Origin: Bacteroidales bacterium
Lineage (GTDB): Bacteria; Bacteroidota; Bacteroidia; Bacteroidales; UBA3663
Direction: 5' to 3'
NCBI GenBank assembly: GCA_024694125.1
Contig: JAILKE010000063.1
Span: 6,564 to 70,563 of the forward strand
DNA length: 64,000 nucleotides
Shown here: positions 36,870-44,663 of the stretch, piece after piece
Numbering within the stretch: position 1 is the stretch's first letter
Layout of the letters: the number at the start of each line of letters is the position of its first letter
Notes under the pieces: generated by a model
The model's input: the letters and a program-made list of their open reading frames with translations, nothing else
Database searches by the model: none
What the model was told of the DNA's origin: nothing
Program-made: the position numbers and the translations under genes

Positions 36870-37005
36870 AATATTTGATTCGGTTAGTTGTTACAATTAA
36901 GTTAGAAATTAAGTTAGTTAGTATCGAAGTTGGGAATGTGTCTGCCAACTTCATAAACTTAGATGCCTGCTCTTTGTTGGAAAAGGGCAGGCATCGCATT
37001 TTATA
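36870..37005 (+). ncRNA. Candidate small RNA (~135 nt) between a consensus promoter and a terminator hairpin
   Basis: Promoter at 36833-36863. Internal hairpin GAAGTTGG...CCAACTTC (36926-36952). Terminal hairpin GATGCCTGC...GCAGGCATC (36962-36995) followed by GCATTTTAT. No credible ORF. Confidence 0.3.
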
Positions 37006-37053
37006 TTGTCCAATAAATCAATTTACATACAGGTCGCATTGTCCAATGACCGC

Positions 37054-38829
37054 TTACTTGCGGCGGCGCACCGTGAACAGTACGATGGCGGTGATGACCA
37101 GCACGGCATAGAGGGTCAATGCCCACCATGAGAGCCACATAGGAGGGAGGATGACTATGGGTAGGATGGAGGCTGGGCCCCATTCACTGTTGTGTACCGC
37201 AGCCTGAACCTCGAATGTATATTCTCCGGTAGATAGGTCCGAGTATTGGGCAGTGGGTGCTCGCATATCGGATAAATCCTGCGGGGCATCGCACGTATGC
37301 CACTCATCGTCCAGTCCGCTCATGCGGTATCTGTAGCGGGTGTGCATGGGCGCTGCATAATTGAGTGCCGAGAATGTGATGGCGAGGTTGTTGTGCTGGC
37401 TGGACAGTTCCAGTGGGCGGCCCAACAGGGACAATGGCAAGAGCGAGTCGCCCAGGCACAGTAGTGTGAGGGCTACCGGCAGGGGACGAGTACGGTTGTC
37501 GAACCATTGAGTCTTGAATGCAACAGCGCTGTCCTGTGCGAACTTGAAGACCATAGTACTGTCGGCGGTGATTCCTGCTGCGCCCAGTATCATGGCTGTG
37601 GTGGGAATACCTACCTCGGGACCGAAGTGCGTCACGTGATCATCGACGTTGGCTGTATCGGGCGAAGAGATGATACGGCAGATGCCGCTCGATGTGCCTG
37701 CCCATATATGTCCCTCGGTATCGGCCTGCAGGTTGCGTACATCTTCGTCGAACATACCCTCCACATGGCGGCAGACGAAGTCCGCAGTATTGATGTTCGA
37801 TTTAGGGGTGAGGCAGAACAGACCATTGTGCGTGCCTACCCATAGCCGCAGATAATTGTCCAACTCCATGCAGTGATACAGGTTGGACCACTGGGCGATG
37901 TAGTCGGCACAGGGCAGAGGTGACATCTTGTCGGTCTGCACGTCCAGCAGGAATGCGCCGTTGTCTGTATATACAGCGACGCGCCACTGGCTCAGTACGC
38001 AGGCACCCTTGATGTTGCCGTATTTCTTCAGGTCGGGCAGCCGGTTGGTAATCGATACAAAGAGCTTGCGCTCCGGCCAGAAGTAGCCCAACGTATTGAT
38101 CGTATCACATATCAGGTATTGTCCCTTGCCCAGATCGACGATGAAGGAGATGGGACGATCGGGCATGTGATTGACGTTCGATGCATTGTAGCACGATGTC
38201 CCCTCCTCGTTGGTGCATATCAGTCCCTGCGGTGTGATGCACCATTGTTGTCCGATGATGTCCGTATAGCTCAATCCCTCTATGTAGGTGGGGTCATCAG
38301 CGCCGATGGTGACTGCTATCCGTTCGGGCCGAGGCTGATACTGTATGCCATTGGGTTGGGTGGCAGTCCAATGTCCCCCCTGGCGGTCAGTGACTACCTC
38401 CGGAGCAGGCTGGAATCGTGCCATCAGTGCGTCGGACAGTCTGTACTGCAGGTCGTAGCGGAAATGCCGGTTCAGTGCGTCGAACAGATAGACGTGCTGC
38501 TGGTCACGCAACCACAGCAGCGAGTCCCCCTGCCACAGGTAGCCGTATTCCTCCACCGGCTGTGGCAGCTGGTGTGTCCTGTTGATGTCGCATGCAATAG
38601 GTTGGAACGAGTATCCGTCGCACAGATAGAAGTCGCCCTCTCCTGCGGCGAGCATCTGTCCATTGGGTAGTTCTACGATTTGGTGTATTTCTCCTGAAGG
38701 CAATCCGTCGGCCGTTGTCCACTGACGTTCGGCTGCACTGGTGTGAGTGTGCAGAGAGAGTGCAATGACCGACATTGCTATAATCATATACAGTCTAAAA
38801 TTCATCATCCAACTAAGGGGTTTCTTCAA
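37054..38829 (-). CDS. Orphan HTCS-type periplasmic sensor (beta-propeller + Y_Y_Y) with a single C-terminal TM and no cytoplasmic signalling domains
   Basis: 591 aa. N-terminal signal/TM. Propeller-type repeats (WTTADGLPSGEIHQI...). Y_Y_Y motif YRYRMSGLDDEWH...GEYTFEVQA. Then PPMWLSWWALTLYAVLVITAIVLFTVRRRK-stop. Confidence 0.75.
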   Translation of the reverse strand: MKKPLSWMMNFRLYMIIAMSVIALSLHTHTSAAERQWTTADGLPSGEIHQIVELPNGQMLAAGEGDFYLCDGYSFQPIACDINRTHQLPQPVEEYGYLWQGDSLLWLRDQQHVYLFDALNRHFRYDLQYRLSDALMARFQPAPEVVTDRQGGHWTATQPNGIQYQPRPERIAVTIGADDPTYIEGLSYTDIIGQQWCITPQGLICTNEEGTSCYNASNVNHMPDRPISFIVDLGKGQYLICDTINTLGYFWPERKLFVSITNRLPDLKKYGNIKGACVLSQWRVAVYTDNGAFLLDVQTDKMSPLPCADYIAQWSNLYHCMELDNYLRLWVGTHNGLFCLTPKSNINTADFVCRHVEGMFDEDVRNLQADTEGHIWAGTSSGICRIISSPDTANVDDHVTHFGPEVGIPTTAMILGAAGITADSTMVFKFAQDSAVAFKTQWFDNRTRPLPVALTLLCLGDSLLPLSLLGRPLELSSQHNNLAITFSALNYAAPMHTRYRYRMSGLDDEWHTCDAPQDLSDMRAPTAQYSDLSTGEYTFEVQAAVHNSEWGPASILPIVILPPMWLSWWALTLYAVLVITAIVLFTVRRRK

Positions 38830-39046
38830 CGTTGCAGGTTCTATATACCGTTATTGGACCATGTTCAACGTTCTTTGGGTTATTCGTGATGGTGTTGGGT
38901 GTTATTTCCCCAACGGTTATTGTGTTATCATCAACGTTTTGTAGGTAATATACAGATTTTTGTACAATCTGATGAGTAGTTGGTTTGCCTTCAATTAAAT
39001 AGGCATTTATTCCACATTTGCTTCCTCGTATAATAACTTGTTGCTG

Positions 39047-39054
39047 CAAAGATA
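39047..39054 (-). promoter_or_regulatory. -7 box (TATCTTTG on minus strand) upstream of the orphan sensor gene
   Basis: Plus strand reads CAAAGATA. Implies a ~210-nt leader before the ATG at 38829. Confidence 0.45.
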
Positions 39055-39253
39055 GTATTTTTATGCATACAATCATCATAAATGCTCTATTTTTTTTATT
39101 TATTGTGCCAATTTATTGTCCAATGTGAGTAAATCAGAACATTTTATAGGATGAATAATACAATAGCGCGAGCCTCGGTCGGCTAATCGATATGAAATTG
39201 TCTATTTTAAATATTTTTTACGATTGTAGTATTTAATTTTCAAAAAAATGCTG

Positions 39254-39261
39254 TATATTTG
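39254..39261 (+). promoter_or_regulatory. -7 box (TATATTTG) for rnr
   Basis: Matches TAnnTTTG, 24 nt before the ATG at 39286. Confidence 0.6.
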
Positions 39262-39285
39262 CAGCGTGAATAAAATTGATATACT

Positions 39286-41457
39286 ATGGCCAAATCAACA
39301 CTTACCAAATTAGTGGAACGAATCACAGAGTGGTTTAACCAGCATCCAAATAACAGTTATAACTACCTACAGATATCGCAGGAGATGGGCATCTTCGGCC
39401 GCAGCAACCGTGCAGATGTGTACGAGACGCTCGAACTGCTGGGCAAGCAGGGTTTCCTGCGCGAAGTGTCGGTAGGCCGATATACATTGAGCCAGATCAA
39501 GGGCGAGGACAAGGTCGGCATCTTCGACCGCCGTCACAATGGCATGCACCAGGTGATGGTCGATGGGGTAGAGGAGCCCTACATCGTGCTGGATGGTGAC
39601 GATATGCAGGCGCTGTCCGGCGACAAGGTGCGCATCCAGAAGAAGATGCAGCGTGGTCATGGCCGATCATCGCGCGGCATGAGTGGACCACTCGCCCGTG
39701 TCATAGAGGTGGTAGAACGTGTGCCGCACCGCTACGTCGGCGTGTTGCAGAAGAACAACAAGTACGCCTTCGTCACCCCCGACAGCCGCGGCTTGGACAA
39801 GGATATCTACATCCCGAACGAGCTGCTCGGCAAGGCACACGATGGGGACAAGGTAGTGGTCGATTTCCAACGTTGGCCTGCATTCTCCAAGAATCCAATA
39901 GGTAAGGTGGTCGATGTCCTGGGCCGTAAGGGCGAGAACACTGCCGAGATGCACTCCATCCTGGCGGAGTACGGATTGCCCTACAAGTATCCACGCCCAG
40001 TAGAGAAAGCCGCAGACAAGATTGCCGACGGCTGTACCCCCGAGGAGATAGCCCGTCGTGTGGATATGCGCGATGTCTGCACCTTCACCATCGACCCTGC
40101 CGATGCCAAGGACTTCGACGATGCACTCTCCCTGCGCCGTCTGGACAATGGACACTGGGAGGCTGGTGTGCATATAGCCGATGTGACCTACTATGTGCGT
40201 CCCGATTCCATCATCAACAAGGAGGCGTTCAGCCGTGCCACGTCGGTCTATCTGGTAGATCGCACCATACCAATGTTGCCCGAGCGTCTGTGCAACGAAC
40301 TCTGTTCGCTGCGCCAGGACGAGGAGAAACTGACCTTCAGTTGTATCTTCGAGATGGACGATGATGCCAATGTGCTCAAGAGCCGTATCTGCCGCACCTG
40401 CATACGTTCCAATCGTCGCTTCACCTACGAGGAAGCACAGCAGATCATTGAGACCGGTCAGGGAGACTATGCTGCCGAGGTGCTCCAGATGGACCGTCTC
40501 GCCAAGCAGCTTCGCGCACGCCGTTTCGCTGAGGGCGCCATCGCCTTCGACCGCGCCGAGGTCAAGTTCGAGATAGATGAGAAGGGTACCCCCGTGAGCG
40601 TCTATTTCAAGGTGAGCAAGGATGCCAACAAACTGGTCGAGGAGTTCATGCTCTTGGCCAATCGTACTGTGGCAGAGGCCATCGGCAAGGTAGGTGGCAA
40701 TCAGCGAGCCAAGGGCAAGAATGCCCGCAAGCCGAAAGCCTTTGTCTATCGTGTTCATGACCAACCACAGCCCGAGAAACTGGAGAACCTCGCTTCACTG
40801 GCTGCCCGTTTCGGTCACAAGATGCCGTCGTTGGGCAATAACCGTCAGATCAGTCAGGGCATCAATCACTTGATGAGCGAGATTCACGATCGCCCCGAGG
40901 AGAACATGCTCTCCATGCTGGCTATCCGTTCCATGGCCAAGGCTGTCTATACGACCGAGAATATCGGTCACTACGGCTTGGCATTTGATTACTATACGCA
41001 CTTCACTTCGCCCATACGACGTTATCCGGACTGCATGGTTCATCGCTTGCTGGACCGATACTTGGCACAGGAGGGACGTAGCGTGCCTCGCGAACAGTTG
41101 GAGCAGGAGTGCAAGCATTGCTCCGACATGGAACAGTTGGCTGCTTCGGCCGAGCGCGCGTCCATCAAGTATAAGCAGGCTGAATACCTCGGTGCCCGTC
41201 TGGGTCAGACTTTCGACGGTACCGTCAGTGGTGTCTCGGAGTGGGGCATCTATGTCGAGCTCAATGACAGCAAGTGCGAGGGTCTGGTCCCTGTGCGTGA
41301 CCTCAAGGACGACCACTATGTCTATGACGAGAAGAACTTCTGCCTGATAGGCCGTCGTACCCACCGCCGTTTCACTCTGGGTGACAAGCTCCGTGTTCAG
41401 GTCGCTGCCGTCAATATGGAACGCAGGACGATAGATTTCACATTGGCGGAGAAATAA
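39286..41457 (+). CDS. rnr: Ribonuclease R
   Basis: 723 aa. RNB catalytic motifs DPADAKDFDDALS and HYGLAFDYYTHFTSPIRRYPD. C-terminal S1 domain GTVSGVSEWGIYVEL. Confidence 0.92.
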   Translation: MAKSTLTKLVERITEWFNQHPNNSYNYLQISQEMGIFGRSNRADVYETLELLGKQGFLREVSVGRYTLSQIKGEDKVGIFDRRHNGMHQVMVDGVEEPYIVLDGDDMQALSGDKVRIQKKMQRGHGRSSRGMSGPLARVIEVVERVPHRYVGVLQKNNKYAFVTPDSRGLDKDIYIPNELLGKAHDGDKVVVDFQRWPAFSKNPIGKVVDVLGRKGENTAEMHSILAEYGLPYKYPRPVEKAADKIADGCTPEEIARRVDMRDVCTFTIDPADAKDFDDALSLRRLDNGHWEAGVHIADVTYYVRPDSIINKEAFSRATSVYLVDRTIPMLPERLCNELCSLRQDEEKLTFSCIFEMDDDANVLKSRICRTCIRSNRRFTYEEAQQIIETGQGDYAAEVLQMDRLAKQLRARRFAEGAIAFDRAEVKFEIDEKGTPVSVYFKVSKDANKLVEEFMLLANRTVAEAIGKVGGNQRAKGKNARKPKAFVYRVHDQPQPEKLENLASLAARFGHKMPSLGNNRQISQGINHLMSEIHDRPEENMLSMLAIRSMAKAVYTTENIGHYGLAFDYYTHFTSPIRRYPDCMVHRLLDRYLAQEGRSVPREQLEQECKHCSDMEQLAASAERASIKYKQAEYLGARLGQTFDGTVSGVSEWGIYVELNDSKCEGLVPVRDLKDDHYVYDEKNFCLIGRRTHRRFTLGDKLRVQVAAVNMERRTIDFTLAEK

Positions 41458-41518
41458 AGGAAGTTTTAAAGGAATTGAAAAGGAAGTGACAAGGAAGTGA
41501 CAGGGAAGTGACAGGGAC
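41458..41518. repeat. 11-12-nt purine-rich tandem words immediately after the rnr stop
   Basis: AGGAAGTTTTAA AGGAATTGAAA AGGAAGTGACA AGGAAGTGACA GGGAAGTGACA GGGAC. Confidence 0.9.
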
Positions 41519-41560
41519 GATAGCAACGGCTATCTTGTCGCTACTGGCGTTACCTACAGT

Positions 41561-41649
41561 CATCTATAGCTTCTATAGCAACTATAGCCTCTATTGTTTC
41601 TATAGCATCTATTGTTTCTATAGTCACTATCGCTTCTATTGCCTATATA
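41561..41649. repeat. 9-nt CTATAG-word array (about 10 units) abutting the rnr/AraC terminator
   Basis: CATCTATAGC TTCTATAGC AACTATAGC CTCTATTG TTTCTATAGC ATCTATTG TTTCTATAG ... Same family as 60299-60415. Confidence 0.85.
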
Positions 41650-41692
41650 CCATCAGCGGGCAGAGTAGCACATCTACTCTGCCCGCTGATGG
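41650..41692. terminator. Bidirectional terminator between convergent rnr and AraC genes
   Basis: CCATCAGCGGGCAGAGTAG-cacat-CTACTCTGCCCGCTGATGG forms a 19-bp perfect stem. Followed by TTTTAT. Confidence 0.8.
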
Positions 41693-41721
41693 TTTTATCT
41701 TGGTTCGTCGCTTGTGCGGCG

Positions 41722-42834
41722 TCAGTTCGTCTGTTCGCGCAGGTACTGCGCAGGGGTCATGCCCACCAGTCGCTTGAAGGTGCGCTGCAGCACGGTACGG
41801 TCCGAGAATCCGCAGTGCTGGGCGATGGCATCGTTGGACCAGTCCGGGTGAGAGGTGATGCAGTTCTTCGCCTCCTCGATGCGGAGCATGGCAATCCATT
41901 CGTTGTATTTCATCCCCTTCATGTGTAGCCAGGTCTTGAGCTGGTATTTAGGTATGCCGATGTTGGCTGCAGCTATAGGTTGGATCAATCCGCTGCGCAG
42001 GTGACCGCCGTTGGTGGTCCAATGTTCGATGGCAGCCGTGATGGCAGCTACGGTTTCGTCCGACAGAGGTTTGTCTGTCTCGTCTTCGTCCGATTCGGCA
42101 TCCTCGGCATTCTGCTCTGCCTTCTGCATGTGCGCGGGCGCCGAACTGCTGATGTAGGAGCAGAAACTATCCACCAGGTAGAAGATGAAGAAATAGGCAG
42201 CAAAGGCAATGATGAGCAGCACAGGTCCCGTGTTGAAGATGGCAGCAGGTACCATCAGAGCCAGTACCAACAGTCCCGCTATGCTGAGTTGCATCCAGTT
42301 CAATATCCCCACGGTGTCGCTGTCGTAGTAATCATCCAGGGCGCGGCGCATGGCTATCAGGCAGCGCGCGTGCCTCCACGAGTAGTATCCCTGTGTGAGC
42401 AGGTACAATGCACCGCCTATCAACTCGGCATTGTGTACTTTTGGCGATGTGAAGAGCAGGGGCATCCCGTCGGTCAATATTGCTGTGAGGAGTACTGCCA
42501 TTGCAGCGAGCCACGCCAGTGGGCCTATCAGGCGGTCGGTCCTGTTGAGTTGGCCACGACGTTGCAGGTACAGGACTGCGACGGAGAATACAAAGGATGC
42601 AGGCATCAGCAGTGCCAGATTGAGCATAACCGATTGGCTTACACCCATCGGCCTGAGCCCTAACTGTAACTGCAGGGTGAAGTGAATGCCCAGCAGACTG
42701 GTGCCTACAGCCAGCATCCAGCGCGTACGTCGGACTACGATGCTCTCCCTGCGCTTGCTGCGCAGTAACAGTAGTTTAATGGTTAGCAACAGCATCAACA
42801 CTGCCGCTGTGAATTGCATCGTTCCGAAAGTCAT
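41722..42834 (-). CDS. AraC-family transcriptional regulator with N-terminal multi-pass membrane domain
   Basis: C-terminal HTH_AraC (IAQHCGFSDRTVLQRTFKRLVGMTPAQYLRE). The N-terminal ~250 aa form several hydrophobic helices. Start is uncertain: ATG at 42834 or the next ATG 15 nt downstream. Confidence 0.75.
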   Translation of the reverse strand: MTFGTMQFTAAVLMLLLTIKLLLLRSKRRESIVVRRTRWMLAVGTSLLGIHFTLQLQLGLRPMGVSQSVMLNLALLMPASFVFSVAVLYLQRRGQLNRTDRLIGPLAWLAAMAVLLTAILTDGMPLLFTSPKVHNAELIGGALYLLTQGYYSWRHARCLIAMRRALDDYYDSDTVGILNWMQLSIAGLLVLALMVPAAIFNTGPVLLIIAFAAYFFIFYLVDSFCSYISSSAPAHMQKAEQNAEDAESDEDETDKPLSDETVAAITAAIEHWTTNGGHLRSGLIQPIAAANIGIPKYQLKTWLHMKGMKYNEWIAMLRIEEAKNCITSHPDWSNDAIAQHCGFSDRTVLQRTFKRLVGMTPAQYLREQTN

Positions 42835-42880
42835 AACAGGCGCGAAAATACTAAAAATATTTGAATTATAGAACAAAAAA

Positions 42881-42961
42881 TGTGACAATTTTGCATTTTT
42901 GTCACACCCAATGCCCCAAAATTGGCTATTCTGCAACACCGAATTCAAAATTGTCACACCC
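42881..42961. promoter_or_regulatory. Candidate operator set in the divergent AraC / paralog intergenic region
   Basis: Inverted repeat TGTGACAA-n10-TTGTCACA (42881-42906). An exact 11-nt direct copy of TTGTCACACCC occurs at 42899-42909 and 42951-42961. Confidence 0.35.
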
Positions 42962-42979
42962 TATTCGGTTTCGGTTCCT

Positions 42980-42987
42980 TATCTTTG
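42980..42987 (+). promoter_or_regulatory. -7 box (TATCTTTG) for the membrane paralog gene
   Basis: Matches TAnnTTTG, 16 nt before the ATG at 43004. Confidence 0.55.
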
Positions 42988-43003
42988 CGCTCCGAAATTC
43001 GAG

Positions 43004-43813
43004 ATGAAGCAAATTGTGCCAATGGAACGTCAACTATATGAGACAGCATTGATCATTGCCGCCGTTATCAATCTGGTGATGGCTTTTGCTTTGGTGCACA
43101 ATAATATCTGGTATCGGAAGTTCGACGTTTACTGTCGCAGCCGGGCTCTGTCGGCTTCGGTCTTTGCAGCTTTCGCAGTGGGTTTCCTGTTCCATCGCTA
43201 TCTGGGTTGGCGCTACAGTTGGCCCGAGGGTGCATCGACGCTCACCATCACCTATTTTCACATGGGGGCGGTCTTCTTCGGCTGGAGTCACACCTCGCTG
43301 CTTCGACCGGATTACCTCAGCAGGCGCATCGTGTTGCGCGACGTGGCACTGCTTGTGGTGAGTCACTCCTTGTGTTGGGTCTCGTTGTTGGTCACCCGGG
43401 CGCCCATCGTCCGCCAACTGGCCTACACGGTCTTCTTCGTGCACGCTGCCTACATAGCAAGTTATTTCTATTATACTTACTTCAGGGTGCGGCGCAGTCT
43501 GAGTGGGCGTGTCTCCGGCATCAAGGCACCCCGCTGGTGGTCCACCGAGGCCAAACGTCAGGTTCTGGGTTATCATCACTCGTTCGTACTTGCCTGCCAC
43601 CTCATCATCCTGTTTGGGTTCGGCACGATTGCGCTTACGGCGGTTTCCCCCGATTCTGTATGGCCGCACACGTTTTTGCTCGGGTGCAGTGTGGCGGTGT
43701 TCGGGTTCATCTTCTACTCGCTCTCGGAGTATGGCTCGGTCATTGAGTCGGCCACCAATGCCACGGAGGATGCCACGGCGTCGGATTTGTCTGGTCTCGG
43801 GCCACGGGGTTGA
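43004..43813 (+). CDS. Polytopic membrane protein, apparent paralog of the AraC regulator's membrane domain without an HTH
   Basis: ATG at 43004 lies 17 nt after a TATCTTTG box. 269 aa with multiple TM helices. Co-linear motifs with the neighbour (R-x-R after TM1, LLRPDYLSRR vs LQRRGQLNRT, FGFIFYSLSEYGS vs FFIFYLVDSFCS). Confidence 0.6.
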   Translation: MKQIVPMERQLYETALIIAAVINLVMAFALVHNNIWYRKFDVYCRSRALSASVFAAFAVGFLFHRYLGWRYSWPEGASTLTITYFHMGAVFFGWSHTSLLRPDYLSRRIVLRDVALLVVSHSLCWVSLLVTRAPIVRQLAYTVFFVHAAYIASYFYYTYFRVRRSLSGRVSGIKAPRWWSTEAKRQVLGYHHSFVLACHLIILFGFGTIALTAVSPDSVWPHTFLLGCSVAVFGFIFYSLSEYGSVIESATNATEDATASDLSGLGPRG

Positions 43814-44126
43814 TTTCTTTCTGTCGGCATTTTGTCCGACAATCGATATAAAATCTTCTCATTTTTCGACATTTGACTTTTCGTTTTATTCATAATGATT
43901 TGGACATTTGTTTATGATTGTTAGGTGTGATTGGATTTGGAAATATATATTAAGTTAGCGAATGATTCAAATTTTGATATGGAATAGGTAATATTTGAAC
44001 GCAAAGTTTATTAGACTCCTAATAATTTTTTTTCATTTATATTCTCGGCGGTTCACACAGTGATTGTGAGGACCGTCAATTTTTATTAATCCCCCTCGAT
44101 GATTCTCTCCGTCAGATTTTTTTTTA

Positions 44127-44373
44127 TTTCTCCATTAATCGTCATTAATAGACATTAATTCAGTCAGACGGTTTTTATTTCTCCATTAATCGTCATTAAT
44201 AGACATTAATTCAGTCAGACGGTTTTTATTTCTCCATTAATCGTCATTAATAAACATTAATTCAGTCAGTTGATTTTTTTTTTCTCCATTAATTGACATT
44301 AATAAACATTAATTCAGTCAGTTGATAGTTTTTCTCCATTAATTGACATTAATAGACATTAATTCAGTCAGTA
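44127..44373. repeat. Five tandem ~51-bp units, each with three CATTAAT boxes spaced 10 bp apart
   Basis: Unit: TTTCTCCATTAATCGTCATTAATAGACATTAATTCAGTCAG(ACGG/TTGA). Unit starts at 44127, 44178, 44229, 44281 and 44331. T9-T10 tracts occur in some spacers. Confidence 0.9.
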
Positions 44374-44385
44374 GAGTTCAACAAA

Positions 44386-44432
44386 CCTCCATTAAACTAT
44401 AAACATTAAACCATAACCATTAAACCTTAACC
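44386..44432. repeat. CATTAAAC 14-nt periodic triplet; left arm of an inverted repeat with 46996-47025
   Basis: CCTCCATTAAACTATAAACATTAAACCATAACCATTAAACCTTAACC. The exact 15-mer CATTAAACCATAACC (44404-44418) is inverted at 47006-47020. Confidence 0.7.
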
Positions 44433-44540
44433 TTTATACAATTAGCAAGCCGAATTGACGTTATGGGGTTATTTGACAATAAATAGTGGGGTAAAATGAA
44501 AATTGTGTCATTAAAAATATAGAATTATAGATTTTTTTAG

Positions 44541-44548
44541 TATCTTTG
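44541..44548 (+). promoter_or_regulatory. -7 box (TATCTTTG) for the adhesin-like gene
   Basis: Matches TAnnTTTG. Preceded by a T7 tract. Lies ~115 nt before the ATG at 44664. Confidence 0.55.
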
Positions 44549-44663
44549 CAACCGAATTGAGAATAGAGGATTTTCGTTCACGCCAATCTGACATTTGTGC
44601 AATGGAAAGAAACCCAATTTGTTTAGCTTAACTTGTTCTAATGAAGAAATATAATTAAAAGTC

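Noticed and set aside
36875-37111. A 78-aa plus-strand ORF downstream of the orphan promoter.
   Set aside because: It starts at TTG, reads through two hairpins including the terminator, and continues antisense into the sensor gene. The composition is not protein-like, so a non-coding RNA is the more economical reading.
38813-39079. An 88-aa minus-strand ORF in the leader of the orphan sensor gene.
   Set aside because: Its start lies upstream of the only plausible -7 box (39047-39054). It has no internal Met, overlaps the sensor start, and has no recognisable features.
37003-39124. Direct repeats ATTGTCCAAT(G) flanking the orphan sensor gene (37005, 37038, 39114), considered as possible insertion or att sites.
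   Set aside because: Exact 10-11-mers are expected to recur many times by chance in a 64-kb window. There is no extended similarity around them and no recombinase nearby.
41508-41777. An 89-aa ORF translating the 9-nt array as xYS tripeptide repeats (IYSFYSNYSLYCFYS...). The 60299-60415 array has a similar FYS/IYS frame.
   Set aside because: The ORF starts at GTG inside another repeat and runs through the 19-bp terminator hairpin. At the second locus the equivalent frame has no start codon after an upstream stop. The CTATAG core is palindromic and places TAG in another frame on both strands. The 9-nt period is better explained as non-coding.
44127-44373. Possible CRISPR array, because of regularly spaced repeats in a gene-free region.
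   Set aside because: The units are contiguous ~51-bp tandem copies with only short T-rich joints and no unique spacers. There are no cas genes or leader-type organisation.
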